From NCBI GenBank assembly GCA_950097015.1, contig CATNEN010000041.1, positions 1 through 64,000 on the forward strand: a DNA stretch of 64,000 nt, read 5' to 3'. A program made the position numbers and the translations under genes. The DNA comes from Macrostomum hystrix (lineage: Eukaryota > Animalia > Platyhelminthes). The notes below the pieces were generated by a model. The model did not search any database, was not told the origin of the DNA, and saw only the letters and a list, made by a program, of their open reading frames with translations. Below, in pieces: positions 36,523 through 46,529 of the stretch (position 1 is the stretch's first letter; each line of letters starts with the position of its first letter).

Positions 36523-36861
36523 ATATCCATAAATTTAGTTGCCAGAGCAGGTGGGGGTCTTTCATATTCGGAAGATATGGCAAACTGGGAATCTGCCTCT
36601 GCCAGGCTGGGCTCAGTGAGCACAGTGTGAGCACGTCTCATCCGCGCGTGGCCGCATCAAATAATTGTCAAGCGCGAAGGCGCTCTGGTGACAGCTGCTC
36701 TGCGCCACGCCGGGGATTATTGGAAAAATGAGAAATCCGAACACCTCCGGATTTAGCAACTGGGATTAAACCAAATCCAACTCGGTCTCACGTTTCTCTC
36801 TTCTCTAGTGAGCTGTCGTGACTTTTTTGATTCGGTACGTCTTTTATTTAGCCGTACTAAT

Positions 36862-38598
36862 ACCGTGTCACTCAAGAGCCGTCCAAGTCACTCCAGAGTC
36901 ATCCCTGTCACTCCTCGGCCATCCCTGTCACTCCTCAGCCATCCCATCACTCTTCAGATATCCCTGTCACTCCTCAGCCATCCCTATCACTCTTCAGATA
37001 TCCCTGTCACTCCTCAGCCATCCCTATCACTCTTCAGATATCCCTGTCACTCCAGAGTCATCCCTGTCACTCCTCAGCCATCCCTGTCACTCCTCAGCCA
37101 TCCCTGTCACTTTTCAGATATCCCTGTCACTCCAGAGTCATCCCTGTCACTTCAGAGTCATCCCTGTCACTCCTCAGCCATCCCATCACTCTTCAGATAT
37201 CCCTGTCACTCCTCAGCCATCCCTATCACTCTTCAGATATCCCTGTCACTCCAGAGTCATCCCTGTCACTCCTCAGCCATCCCTGTCACTCCTCAGCCAT
37301 CCCTGTCACTTTTCAGATATCCCTGTCACTCCAGAGTCATCCCTGTCACTTCAGAGTCATCCCTGTCACTCCTCAGACATCCCTGTCACTCCAGAGTCAT
37401 CCCTGTCACTTCAGAGTCATCCCTGTCACTCTTCAGATATCCCTGTCACTCAACAGCCATCCCTGTCACTACAGAGTCATCCCTGTCACTCCTCAGACAT
37501 CCCTGTCACTCCTCAGCCATCCCTGTCACTCCTCAGCCATCCCTGTCACTCAACAGCCATCCCTGTCACTCCAGAGTCATCCCTGTCACTCCTCAGACAT
37601 CCCTGTCACTCCAGAGTCATCCCTGTCACTCCTCAGCCATCCCTGTCACTTTTCAGATATCCCTGTCACTCCAGAGTCATCCCTGTCACTTCAGAGTCAT
37701 CCCTGTCACTCCTCAGACATCCCTGTCACTCCAGAGTCATCCCTGTCACTCTTCAGATATCCCTGTCACTCAACAGCCATCCCTGTCACTCCAGAGTCAT
37801 CCCTGTCACTCCTCAGCCATCCCTGTCACTTTTCAGATATCCCTGTCACTCCAGAGTCATCCCTGTCACTTCAGAGTCATCCCTGTCACTCCTCAGACAT
37901 CCCTGTCACTACAGAGTCATCCCTGTCACTCCTCAGCCATCCCTGTCACTCTTCAGATATCCCTGTCACTCAACAGCCATCCCTGTCACTACAGAGTCAT
38001 CCCTGTCACTCCTCAGCCATCCCTGTCACTCCTCAGCTACCTTTGTCACTCCACTCCCATCCTTGTCACTCCACTCCCATTTCTGTCACTCCACTCCCAT
38101 TTCTGTCACTCCACTCCCATCCTTGTCACTCCACTCCCATTTGTCACTCCACTCCCATCCTTGTCACTCCACTCCCACCCTTGTCACTCCACTCCCACCC
38201 TTGTCACTCCACTCCCACCCTTGTCACTCCACTCCCACCCTTGTCACTCCACTCCCACCCTTTTCACTCCACTCCCACCCTTGTCACTCCACTCCCATTT
38301 CTGTCACTCCACTCCCATCCTTGTCACTCCACTCCCATTTGTCACTCCACTCCCATCCTTGTCACTCCACTCCCACCCTTGTCACTCCACTCCCACCCTT
38401 GTCACTCTACTCCCACCCTTGTCACTCCACTCCCACCCTTGTCACTCCACTCCCACCCTTGTCACTCCACTCCCACCCTTTTCACTCCACTCCCACCCTT
38501 GTCACTCCACTCCCATTTCTGTCACTCCACTCCCACCCTTGTCACTCCACTCCCATTTCTGTCACTCCACTCCCACCCTTGTCACTCCACTCCCATTT
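36862..38598. repeat. Compound minisatellite: 20-bp CATCCCTGTCACTCCTCAGC family switching at ~38040 to 19-bp CCTTGTCACTCCACTCCCA
   Basis: Direct tandem repetition; source of the spurious 669 and 679 aa ORFs. Confidence 0.95.
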
Positions 38599-38896
38599 CT
38601 GGCAGAAATGCCGTGCAGTCGAGCGGTGCTTTTTAACTTCAAGCTGGCTTGTGCGTCGAATGCAGAAAATGGTCTCTCATCCGCCAGCCGCTGTAATTGC
38701 CGGCATCCTGTCAGAGCCGCAGCAGGGCAGCTGGGCCAATGGCGGTTCATCCCGTCTGCTCGGACCAAAACTTCTGTTTGCTGGCTTGTTGGCCATGTAC
38801 ATGTACATTGCGGTTGATAAAGTGAAGCTTGAATGGGACACAGCAGCTGAGTGCTAGTCAATTCAATGCTTTTATCAAAGACAGATAAGAACCAGC

Positions 38897-39541
38897 ATGT
38901 CAACTTCCGCTCACCGTCGACCGATCATCGTCTCGCATCTGGACAGCTTCTACGAGCCTTCGGAACCGCAGCCACCGAGTTCCGGCGAGTTCGACTCGGT
39001 GCCGATCACTGCGGCCTCCGGGGGCGAATCTGAGCGGCTGCTGGTCTGTCCGGACCCGTCGCGGCCTCACCGAGCCGCCCGCTGCTGGACGCGGTGGAAG
39101 CCGCGGCGCTGGCTGCTCTGGTCCGGAGTCGCCGTGCTCCTCCTGGGAAGCGCCAGCCTCGTTGCTGTCCAGCTGACGCCGCGCCGACCGAAATTTGTCG
39201 AAGTGAAAGCCGGCGAAGGCATCGGTCACGGCGGATTCATCATACAGCCCGAGAACGCCGCCTGGAACCGCCGTCTGGAGCTGGCCGGCCTCGCCGCTCT
39301 CGGAGTCTTCGGCCTGGGTGGCATGCTGACCGCGGCCGGCCTTCTGCTGTCCTCTGTGACCTCCTGGCGCGACGCTCAAGACGACTGGGCTGTGGCGCCG
39401 TCGTCCGCCTGCAGCGTGGAGGACTCGGCGAGCTCCGCCTCGCCGCTTCTCCTCGGCCAAGTCTCAGCAAAGCCTCTGCAGCCGCCGCGCCGACTGGAGG
39501 GCGGCGTCAGTGGCGGCGCGGTGCGCTGGATCAGTCGTTGA
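38897..39541 (+). CDS. Two-TM membrane protein, neurensin-like (214 aa, single exon)
   Basis: GC-rich ORF with TM1 (WSGVAVLLLGSASLVAV), a short loop ending AAWNRRLE, and TM2 (LAALGVFGLGGMLTAAGLLLSS), matching the recalled neurensin pattern. The family call is from memory. Confidence 0.6.
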   Translation: MSTSAHRRPIIVSHLDSFYEPSEPQPPSSGEFDSVPITAASGGESERLLVCPDPSRPHRAARCWTRWKPRRWLLWSGVAVLLLGSASLVAVQLTPRRPKFVEVKAGEGIGHGGFIIQPENAAWNRRLELAGLAALGVFGLGGMLTAAGLLLSSVTSWRDAQDDWAVAPSSACSVEDSASSASPLLLGQVSAKPLQPPRRLEGGVSGGAVRWISR

Positions 39542-40008
39542 ACCTCCAGAACTCCGAGGCCGTCCATCCAGACAGATTTTACAGATCATCAGCGCTACGA
39601 GTAGAAATAAAAAGTATGCCGCTCGCACATTGCTCCAGAGGCAGAGCTCGGACACATTTGAGCGAAGAAGTGCACAGTCGTTCGCTGGCTGGGTCCTCTC
39701 GCTACCCCTTTCCAAGTGTTTAGCTGATGTAGCTTAGAATGCACAAATAGTTTTTGCAAAGGAAGTTTACATTATTCACTGCTTGAAATCGTCTGTTGCG
39801 TACACTTGTACACTCCGTTTTATCTCGTACGAAATTTTTGTACGAGTAATTTGGCAAATGGATAGACCATTTGTTGCTAAGACTGTGACAGAAATTCTAA
39901 CGAATTATAATGCAGTATTAATACGCTTGTAAAAGATTCCTTCTTTACTTTTCAAACTTCAAAAGTTATCGAATTACAATAGCTTCCAATTCAACACAAA
40001 AGGTGTAG

Positions 40009-40658
40009 GTGCAGATCTTCGTGAAGACCCTGACCGGCAAGACGATCACCCTGGAGGTCGAGCCCTCTGACACCATCGACAACGTGAAGGCCAAGATCCA
40101 GGACAAGGAGGGAATTCCCCCGGACCAGCTTACTTACTTAATTGCAGGGGGCCTGGGGCACTTGACGCACAAGCGCAGGAATGGCATGCCCCCATGAGGC
40201 CGGCGAACTAGGCGGGTAGATGCCTGAAGGGTAGGGACGAGAAGACCAAGCCACGCGCGCAGACGGCTGGTGAAACCTCGCCGCTCAGGGCGCGCATGGC
40301 TGGTGCACACCCGCCCAACCCCCCATACAACGCCTCACACCCAGCCCAACGCACAAACACAAACAAGCAGGCATGCAGGAGGCAGGGGTTAAGCTATTTT
40401 AAATTAGCTCGTAGCTTTGGTTGCACAAACCTCCAACAAAGCCCCGAAATAATCGCGACTTGGATGGAGGAACGAACCAGCGACCATTGGAAAGTGAGGC
40501 AGCGACATTAGCCGCTGACACACTCACCCCCTCCCCGGACCAGCAGCATCTGATCTTCGCCGGCAAGCAGCTGGAGGATGGTCGTACTCTGTCTGACTAC
40601 AGTCTACAACATCCAGAAGGAGTCGACCCTCCACCTGGTGCTGCGTATGCGCCCTGGA
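40009..40658 (+). pseudogene. Disrupted first ubiquitin unit
   Basis: Near-canonical ubiquitin ([10 protein letters not shown]...PPDQ|[19 protein letters not shown]...[10 protein letters not shown]) with GTG in place of ATG, a SINE insertion after PPDQ and a 7-nt insertion at 40600-40606. Confidence 0.8.
40130..40532 (-). mobile_element. tRNA-derived SINE, copy 2 (internally deleted), inserted in a ubiquitin coding unit
   Basis: Reverse-orientation homolog of 32988-33564; (TAAG)3 tail; 12-bp TSD CCCCGGACCAGC at 40118-40129 and 40533-40544. Confidence 0.85.
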
Positions 40659-41441
40659 ATGCAGATCTTCGTCAAGACACTGGCTGGCAAGACGATCACC
40701 CTGGACGTCGAGCCCTCTGAGACGATCGACAACGTGAAGGCCAAGATCCAGGACAAGGAGGGAATCCCCCCGGACCAGCAGCGTCTGGTGCTTAATGACG
40801 AGCAGCTGGAGGACGGTCGCGCTCTGTCTGAATGCAACATCCAGAAGGAGTCGATCCTTCACCTTGTGCTTCGGCGTGGTGGCATGCAGATCTTCGTGAA
40901 GACACTGACTGGCAAGACGATCACCCTGGAGGTCGAGCCCTCTGACACCATCGACAATGTGAAGGCCAAGATCCAGGACAAAGAGGGAGTCCCTCCAGAC
41001 CAGCAGCGGCTGGCTCTGTTTGGCAGGCAGCTGGAAGGCAGCAGAACTCTCTCCTACTACGGCATCGAGACTGGCAATTCATTGACACTTAGCCTGGATC
41101 TGCCCGGACACGTGCAGATCATTGTGACCACCCAGTCCCGGTGGACGAGGACTTTTTTGGCCACGCCCCAGAACCGAATCTCGGACGTGAAGGAATTAAT
41201 CGACAACTGCAAAGGCATTCCCCGAGATCACCAGAGTATCACCTCTGCGAATGGCTCAAAGCTTGATGACAGCGAGTGTCTGTCAGGCTGGAGTGCGCGG
41301 GGCGATTCCAGAGTCGAACTCAGCCTGCGGATGCCAGGCGAAGAGGAGAGTCTGGGTGGCGCCGAGTCGCACCTCAGCTCGGCCGGCTCTGAGCAGGAGC
41401 TGTTTGAGCCGCAGTTTCTGTTAAACAGAAGCGAACTCTGA
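40659..41441 (+). CDS. Tandem ubiquitin-like (poly-UBL) protein, units 2-4, progressively diverged
   Basis: Open frame from ATG 40659: unit 2 (75 aa, ends LVLRRGG), unit 3 from 40884 (ends LDLPGH), unit 4 from ~41112 (VQIIVTT...LSLRMPG), then an acidic tail. Confidence 0.75.
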   Translation: MQIFVKTLAGKTITLDVEPSETIDNVKAKIQDKEGIPPDQQRLVLNDEQLEDGRALSECNIQKESILHLVLRRGGMQIFVKTLTGKTITLEVEPSDTIDNVKAKIQDKEGVPPDQQRLALFGRQLEGSRTLSYYGIETGNSLTLSLDLPGHVQIIVTTQSRWTRTFLATPQNRISDVKELIDNCKGIPRDHQSITSANGSKLDDSECLSGWSARGDSRVELSLRMPGEEESLGGAESHLSSAGSEQELFEPQFLLNRSEL

Positions 41442-42251
41442 GCATCGCCTTACAGAAAACGAGATTTGACAACTTTATCTGGGAAAATCCCGCAATGGGA
41501 ATTCAGGTGGCAGCTGTTCACAGCCTCAGCGATCGTCTCCAGCTGGAGTTCCAGAGCGAGCTGCAGCTGCAGACGGTGCTGGACCAGCTGGCGAAGGTGG
41601 CGCACGCGATCTTGTTAAGTTGCTCTGTGAGCAGGACGCGCCCGACGCCCAATTGTCGATGCTTCGCTGTCACTTTCAATGGCCGCAGGACGGCCGGCGA
41701 GCTGCGCGCCCTGTAAAAAAGAATTTTTTTCACTAAATATGTTGATTATTTTGTTCTGTTCATTTTCAAGCAGCTGCTGCGGATGTTCCCCGACCTGCCG
41801 CGTGACGGAGTCCGCGTCTTCCAGCAGGCCCCGCTGGCTACAGGCGGCTCTGTCAGCGAGCTGAGGGTCGGACTCTCCGACGAGTGGGTGGCCGGCCTCG
41901 GCTGTGAGCAGGACGGCCAGAACACCGTCCACATGGGCATCTGGCTGCTAGCCTTCCGGTCCGTAGAGTGAGCCGAGGAATCGCAGTGCGAAGGACTACT
42001 CTCAGTAGCTTGTAAGAAAGAAAATCCCAACTACCAAATTTGGAAGCTTGTTCATTTGTTGAGATTTTGTGTTAGTTTGAGTTTGAGTTTCTTCCAGGGT
42101 TGTTTTGCCTTCCTTCAGATCTTTACAAGTACAAGGGCCACTAGAAATAGGAGGGCGTTGTTATCGAAATCTGTGTGAAAATCTATGAAAATTTGCGGTC
42201 AGACAGTCGCGCAGTTGTAGAAGCTGCTTGAGTATGAAATTTATTGGATGT

Positions 42252-45200
42252 TGAGGTGGCGTTTAACCTTAACTCTATGGAATGACCCGATGAACTTTAA
42301 CGTGCTTGTTTTGCATCACAACTTGTTTATTGCACTTTTATCTTACTCGTTTTAGTCCGTTTTAGTCTATGTCTATGTTCCTTCCACCACTCTCCCCTGT
42401 TCGCTATATACTAACTCGCGGCCGGTCATCGCCGATAAAAAAGATACAAAAGCTTCACATCTCGTTGCAACTCTAAAAGAGTCCACTTTCCTCGGTAACT
42501 CGCGGCACAACAATGGCGTCGCAAGCAGCCAGACAACAGAGCCAAGAGCTCGATTTGGAAAATGCAGAGATGGCTGAGGCATGGATGCAACAGCTATCGG
42601 CAACAGCACGCATGAAGAAGATCTCCGACTCTGACCAAGCTCGAGACAAAACAGACTTGTTTCTATCAAAGGCGGGACTCCATGCAATCCGCACCCTGTC
42701 CCTCATGGCAGCGCCCAAACAGCTGGACGAAATGATGTTTGACGACATCAAAGAGCTCGTCGACAGCACAATTCGCCCTAAGAAGCGCCTCGTCATCGCT
42801 GAGCGCACGAAATTCCTCAACTTGAGGCAGGAGGCGGGAGAGAGCGTCATGGCGTACTTCCGAAGGTTGAGAGCTGCTGCATCGCTATGTGAATTCGAGA
42901 CACTGGGCAGCAAGCAAACTAAGGAAAACGACATGATCGTCATGCGACTCATCGATGGTCTGAACTCGCCTGAACACAAGAAGCGGATCCTCGAGCGGCT
43001 GCAAGAAGGCGACATGTTGCTAGACAGCATTCTGCAGAGCCTACAACACCTAGAGCAAATCAGGGAATACCACGCTCCCGCGACTGCGGACATCGCTTTC
43101 AACGGCCAGCAGAAGAGCTCGTCACCTCCAAGAACATCGGCAATCTCCAAATGCAGATTCTGTGGCGCCAGCCACCCTCGGGGCAGCTGCCCGGCGTACG
43201 GCAAAAAGTGCACCAACTGCCAGAAAAAGAATCACTTCGCGGCTGTTTGCAGATCCCGAGCTGTCCATTTGGAGACAACAGAGTCCGCTGAGGAAGCAGA
43301 GGTGTACGCCGTAGGCCCCAGCGCAGCAAAGACTGGCCTTTTCAGGACCATTAAGATCAATGGCTGCGGCGTGCCAATGCAGGTCGACACCGGGGCGGAG
43401 GTCAGCCTCATTCCTCAGAACCTCTGGCGTCAGGTCGGCCGCCCAGCCCTGCGCAAGTGCAAGAAAACTCTGCGGCAGTTCGACGGTTCCAGCATTGCCT
43501 GCCTGGGCGAGTTCACTGCGTCACTCGAGACCGACTCCAAATTCGTAGCAGTCGACCTGGTCGTCACCGTTGCGGAAAAGAAGCACGGACTGCTCGGAAT
43601 GGACAACATCAAGCTGCAGGAGAACGCCGTGACCATCAACGAAATACAGCAGCTCGGCTGTCTCAAAGGCTTCCAGGCCAAAATCAGACTCATCGAGGGA
43701 GCCAAACCGTTCTACTGCGCCGCACGATCAGTGCCACTGCACCTCAAAGACCTGGTGGTACGTGAGTTGCAGCGCATGGAGTCTGAAGGCATCATTGAGC
43801 CGGTCCCTGCCGGGGGCAGCCAGTGGGCGTCCCCCATTGTCAACGTCCTGAAGCCCAATGGGAAAGTGCGAGTATGCGCCGACTTCAAGGCAGGAGTGAA
43901 TCACCAGATCTGCAACGACACCTACCCGATGCCGGAAATGGAGACAATATTCTCCGAAATCGTTGGCATGACGCTTTTTGCCAAGCTCGACCTCTCGGAC
44001 GCCTACCTGCAGATCGAGCTGGACGAGGACAGCCGAGAAGTGACCACCATTTCAACGCCACTGGGCCTCTTTAAGTACAAGAGACTGGTGCCTGGTCTGA
44101 AGTCAGCGTCATCAATTTTCCAGAAAGCCATGGAGACAATCCTGGAAGACATCAGCGGTAAGATTGTCTACCAGGATGACATTCTACTGGGTGCAAAGTC
44201 CGACTCCGAGCTCAATCAGAAAGTGCAACGCGTACTGCAAACTCTGCAGTCATCTGGAATGACCATCAACCTGGACAAGTCGAATCTAAGAGCAACAGAA
44301 ATTTCATTCCTAGGCTACAGAATCAGCGCCTCAGGAATAACCCCGGATCCGGAGTTGGTGAGAAAAATTCGCTCTGTGAAGCCTCCCAAGGACAAGAAGC
44401 AACTGGAGTCCTTCCTGGGACTCGCCAATTTCTTCGGTCGATTCATCAAGAGCTACTCAGATGTCGTCGAACCGCTAAATCAGCTACGAGGCCGAGCAGC
44501 AGAATTCAACTGGGGTCCTGTTCAGCAAGCCGCTTTCTCACTGATCAAGGACATTCTCAGCCGAGAACCGGTGCTCCAGCCCTACAACAAGCGCGAGGAG
44601 ACGACGCTCACCACCGACGCCAGCGAGAGGGCAATTGCAGCGGTCCTATCTCAGGCCGGACACCCGGTCATGTACTTCAGTCGACGGTTGAGTAGCGCTG
44701 AGACTCGCTACTCCAACATCGAGAGAGAGGCGCTCGCAATCGTCTGGGCCATGGAGCGAGCCAAGCAATTCCTGCTGGGGTCGCACTTCACGCTGAGAAC
44801 CGACCACCGCCCGCTGGAGTTTATCTTTGGCACGAGGCGCCAGCTGCCGAAGGTCGCAAACGCAAGGCTGCTTCGGTGGGCCATAAAGCTGATGGCATTT
44901 GACTACGACATCACCTACACCAAGGGTGAGTCGATTCCGCAAGTCGACGCGCTAACAAGGCTGGACTTCGATAACGACAACTCGGAGAGTCAGGGCGAGC
45001 AGGTAGAAAGCGTCATCCACTGGACGGGAGAAGCCGTAATTCCATGGCAGGAGCTCAGGGAAGAAACCCTGCGGGAGATGCTGCTGACGGACATTATGAG
45101 GCGAGTCGCCACTAACAGATGGTCCAACTGCTCACCAGCCGAGAAGCCTTTCAAAGCGGCCCGAAACGCCTTGACTGTGGAGGACGGAGTTCTCTGCTAC

Positions 45201-46529
45201 GGCGATCGCGTGGTAATTCCGGCCGTACTCCGACAAAAAGCACTCCGGCTGGTGCACAACGATACGCATCAAGGATCCAGCTCAACTCGCGCTCGCCTTC
45301 AGAACTCCGCCTGGTGGCCAGGCTACTGCAACGACGTGGAGGCATTCATCCACAGCTGCCCAACCTGCTCAAGACTTCGACCAAAAAGCACAGCGACTAT
45401 CCACCGGTGGCCGGAGGAGCAGGAGCCCTGGCACAGAGTGCATATGGACCACGCGAGTGTGCCGAATGTCGGACTACTGCTCATTCTGGTCGACACGATG
45501 TCTGGCTGGCCAGAGGCTGTGCGGGTGCCGAACCGAGACGCGGCAACCGTTAAGCGGGTATTGCAGTCTGTCTTCGCGAGAACCGGAGTGCCGCACGTGC
45601 TCGTCAGCGACAACGCTGCCGAGTTCCACGACGCGAATCTCCTCACCTGGCTAGAGAGAATCGGCTGTCGAGCCCTGAAGACGCCGCCGCGGCATCCGCA
45701 ATCAAACGGGTTAGCAGAGCGGATGGTGCAATCCATCAAGAGAGCATCGAAAGCGTGGGACCAGCAGTCGGAAACGTATGACTCATTCCTGTCCCGGCTG
45801 CTCCTGAACTATAGGTGCGTACCGCACGCAGGCCGGCTGCAGAGCCCGGCGCAGCTCATGGGACGGCAGCTACGCAACCCTATTACCATGCAGACGCCAA
45901 TCGGAGCGAGCGTTTGGTATACGCCCGGCGGCAAGCAGGTCCAAGAGCGAGCCGAGTTCGTCGCCCAGAAGGGCACCAACACAGCACTGATCGCGCGGCA
46001 AGGAGGCCAGGTCACACTAGCTCACGCTGACCAGCTCAGCCCTGTTATCGAGGGGCAGCAAACTGACCCAGGACAGCACCCGCTTGATGAGTCCGCACCG
46101 CACCGGCCTAACGAGCAGCAGCAAACTGAACAGCCTGCCGAAAATCGGCCGGGCGACCTCCTTCATGACCATCAGAGCGTGATCGGCGAGCCAAACGAGA
46201 GACCAGAGCCCCGCTACCCAGTGCGTGCTAACCGAGGCATCCCGCCGATTCGATTCGAAGGGGGAAGATGAGGTGGCGTTTAACCTTAACTCTATGGAAT
46301 GACCCGATGAACTTTAACGTGCTTGTTTTGCATCACAACTTGTTTATTGCACTTTTATCTTACTCGTTTTAGTCCGTTTTAGTCTATGTCTATGTTCCTT
46401 CCACCACTCTCCCCTGTTCGCTATATACTAACTCGCGGCCGGTCATCGCCGATAAAAAAGATACAAAAGCTTCACATCTCGTTGCAACTCTAAAAGAGTC
46501 CACTTTCCTCGGTAACTCGCGGCACAACA
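42252..46529 (+). mobile_element. Intact Ty3/Gypsy LTR retrotransposon, Mag-like, 4278 bp
   Basis: 261-bp TG...CA LTRs at 42252-42512 and 46269-46529 with no mismatch seen by eye; 5-bp TSD GATGT (42247-42251, 46530-46534); PBS-like TGGCG at 42514; PPT GAAGGGGGAAGA at 46257-46268. Confidence 0.97.
42513..46271 (+). CDS. Gag-Pol polyprotein (1252 aa): Gag with two Cys/His knuckles, protease, RT, RNase H, integrase
   Basis: CRFCGASH..C and CTNCQKKNHFAAVC; VDTGA; KLDLSDAYLQ and YQDD; TTDAS and YSNIEREAL; HHCC, VHMDH, SDNA and NGLAER. The PR-RT-RH-IN order indicates Ty3/Gypsy. Confidence 0.97.
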   Translation: MASQAARQQSQELDLENAEMAEAWMQQLSATARMKKISDSDQARDKTDLFLSKAGLHAIRTLSLMAAPKQLDEMMFDDIKELVDSTIRPKKRLVIAERTKFLNLRQEAGESVMAYFRRLRAAASLCEFETLGSKQTKENDMIVMRLIDGLNSPEHKKRILERLQEGDMLLDSILQSLQHLEQIREYHAPATADIAFNGQQKSSSPPRTSAISKCRFCGASHPRGSCPAYGKKCTNCQKKNHFAAVCRSRAVHLETTESAEEAEVYAVGPSAAKTGLFRTIKINGCGVPMQVDTGAEVSLIPQNLWRQVGRPALRKCKKTLRQFDGSSIACLGEFTASLETDSKFVAVDLVVTVAEKKHGLLGMDNIKLQENAVTINEIQQLGCLKGFQAKIRLIEGAKPFYCAARSVPLHLKDLVVRELQRMESEGIIEPVPAGGSQWASPIVNVLKPNGKVRVCADFKAGVNHQICNDTYPMPEMETIFSEIVGMTLFAKLDLSDAYLQIELDEDSREVTTISTPLGLFKYKRLVPGLKSASSIFQKAMETILEDISGKIVYQDDILLGAKSDSELNQKVQRVLQTLQSSGMTINLDKSNLRATEISFLGYRISASGITPDPELVRKIRSVKPPKDKKQLESFLGLANFFGRFIKSYSDVVEPLNQLRGRAAEFNWGPVQQAAFSLIKDILSREPVLQPYNKREETTLTTDASERAIAAVLSQAGHPVMYFSRRLSSAETRYSNIEREALAIVWAMERAKQFLLGSHFTLRTDHRPLEFIFGTRRQLPKVANARLLRWAIKLMAFDYDITYTKGESIPQVDALTRLDFDNDNSESQGEQVESVIHWTGEAVIPWQELREETLREMLLTDIMRRVATNRWSNCSPAEKPFKAARNALTVEDGVLCYGDRVVIPAVLRQKALRLVHNDTHQGSSSTRARLQNSAWWPGYCNDVEAFIHSCPTCSRLRPKSTATIHRWPEEQEPWHRVHMDHASVPNVGLLLILVDTMSGWPEAVRVPNRDAATVKRVLQSVFARTGVPHVLVSDNAAEFHDANLLTWLERIGCRALKTPPRHPQSNGLAERMVQSIKRASKAWDQQSETYDSFLSRLLLNYRCVPHAGRLQSPAQLMGRQLRNPITMQTPIGASVWYTPGGKQVQERAEFVAQKGTNTALIARQGGQVTLAHADQLSPVIEGQQTDPGQHPLDESAPHRPNEQQQTEQPAENRPGDLLHDHQSVIGEPNERPEPRYPVRANRGIPPIRFEGGR

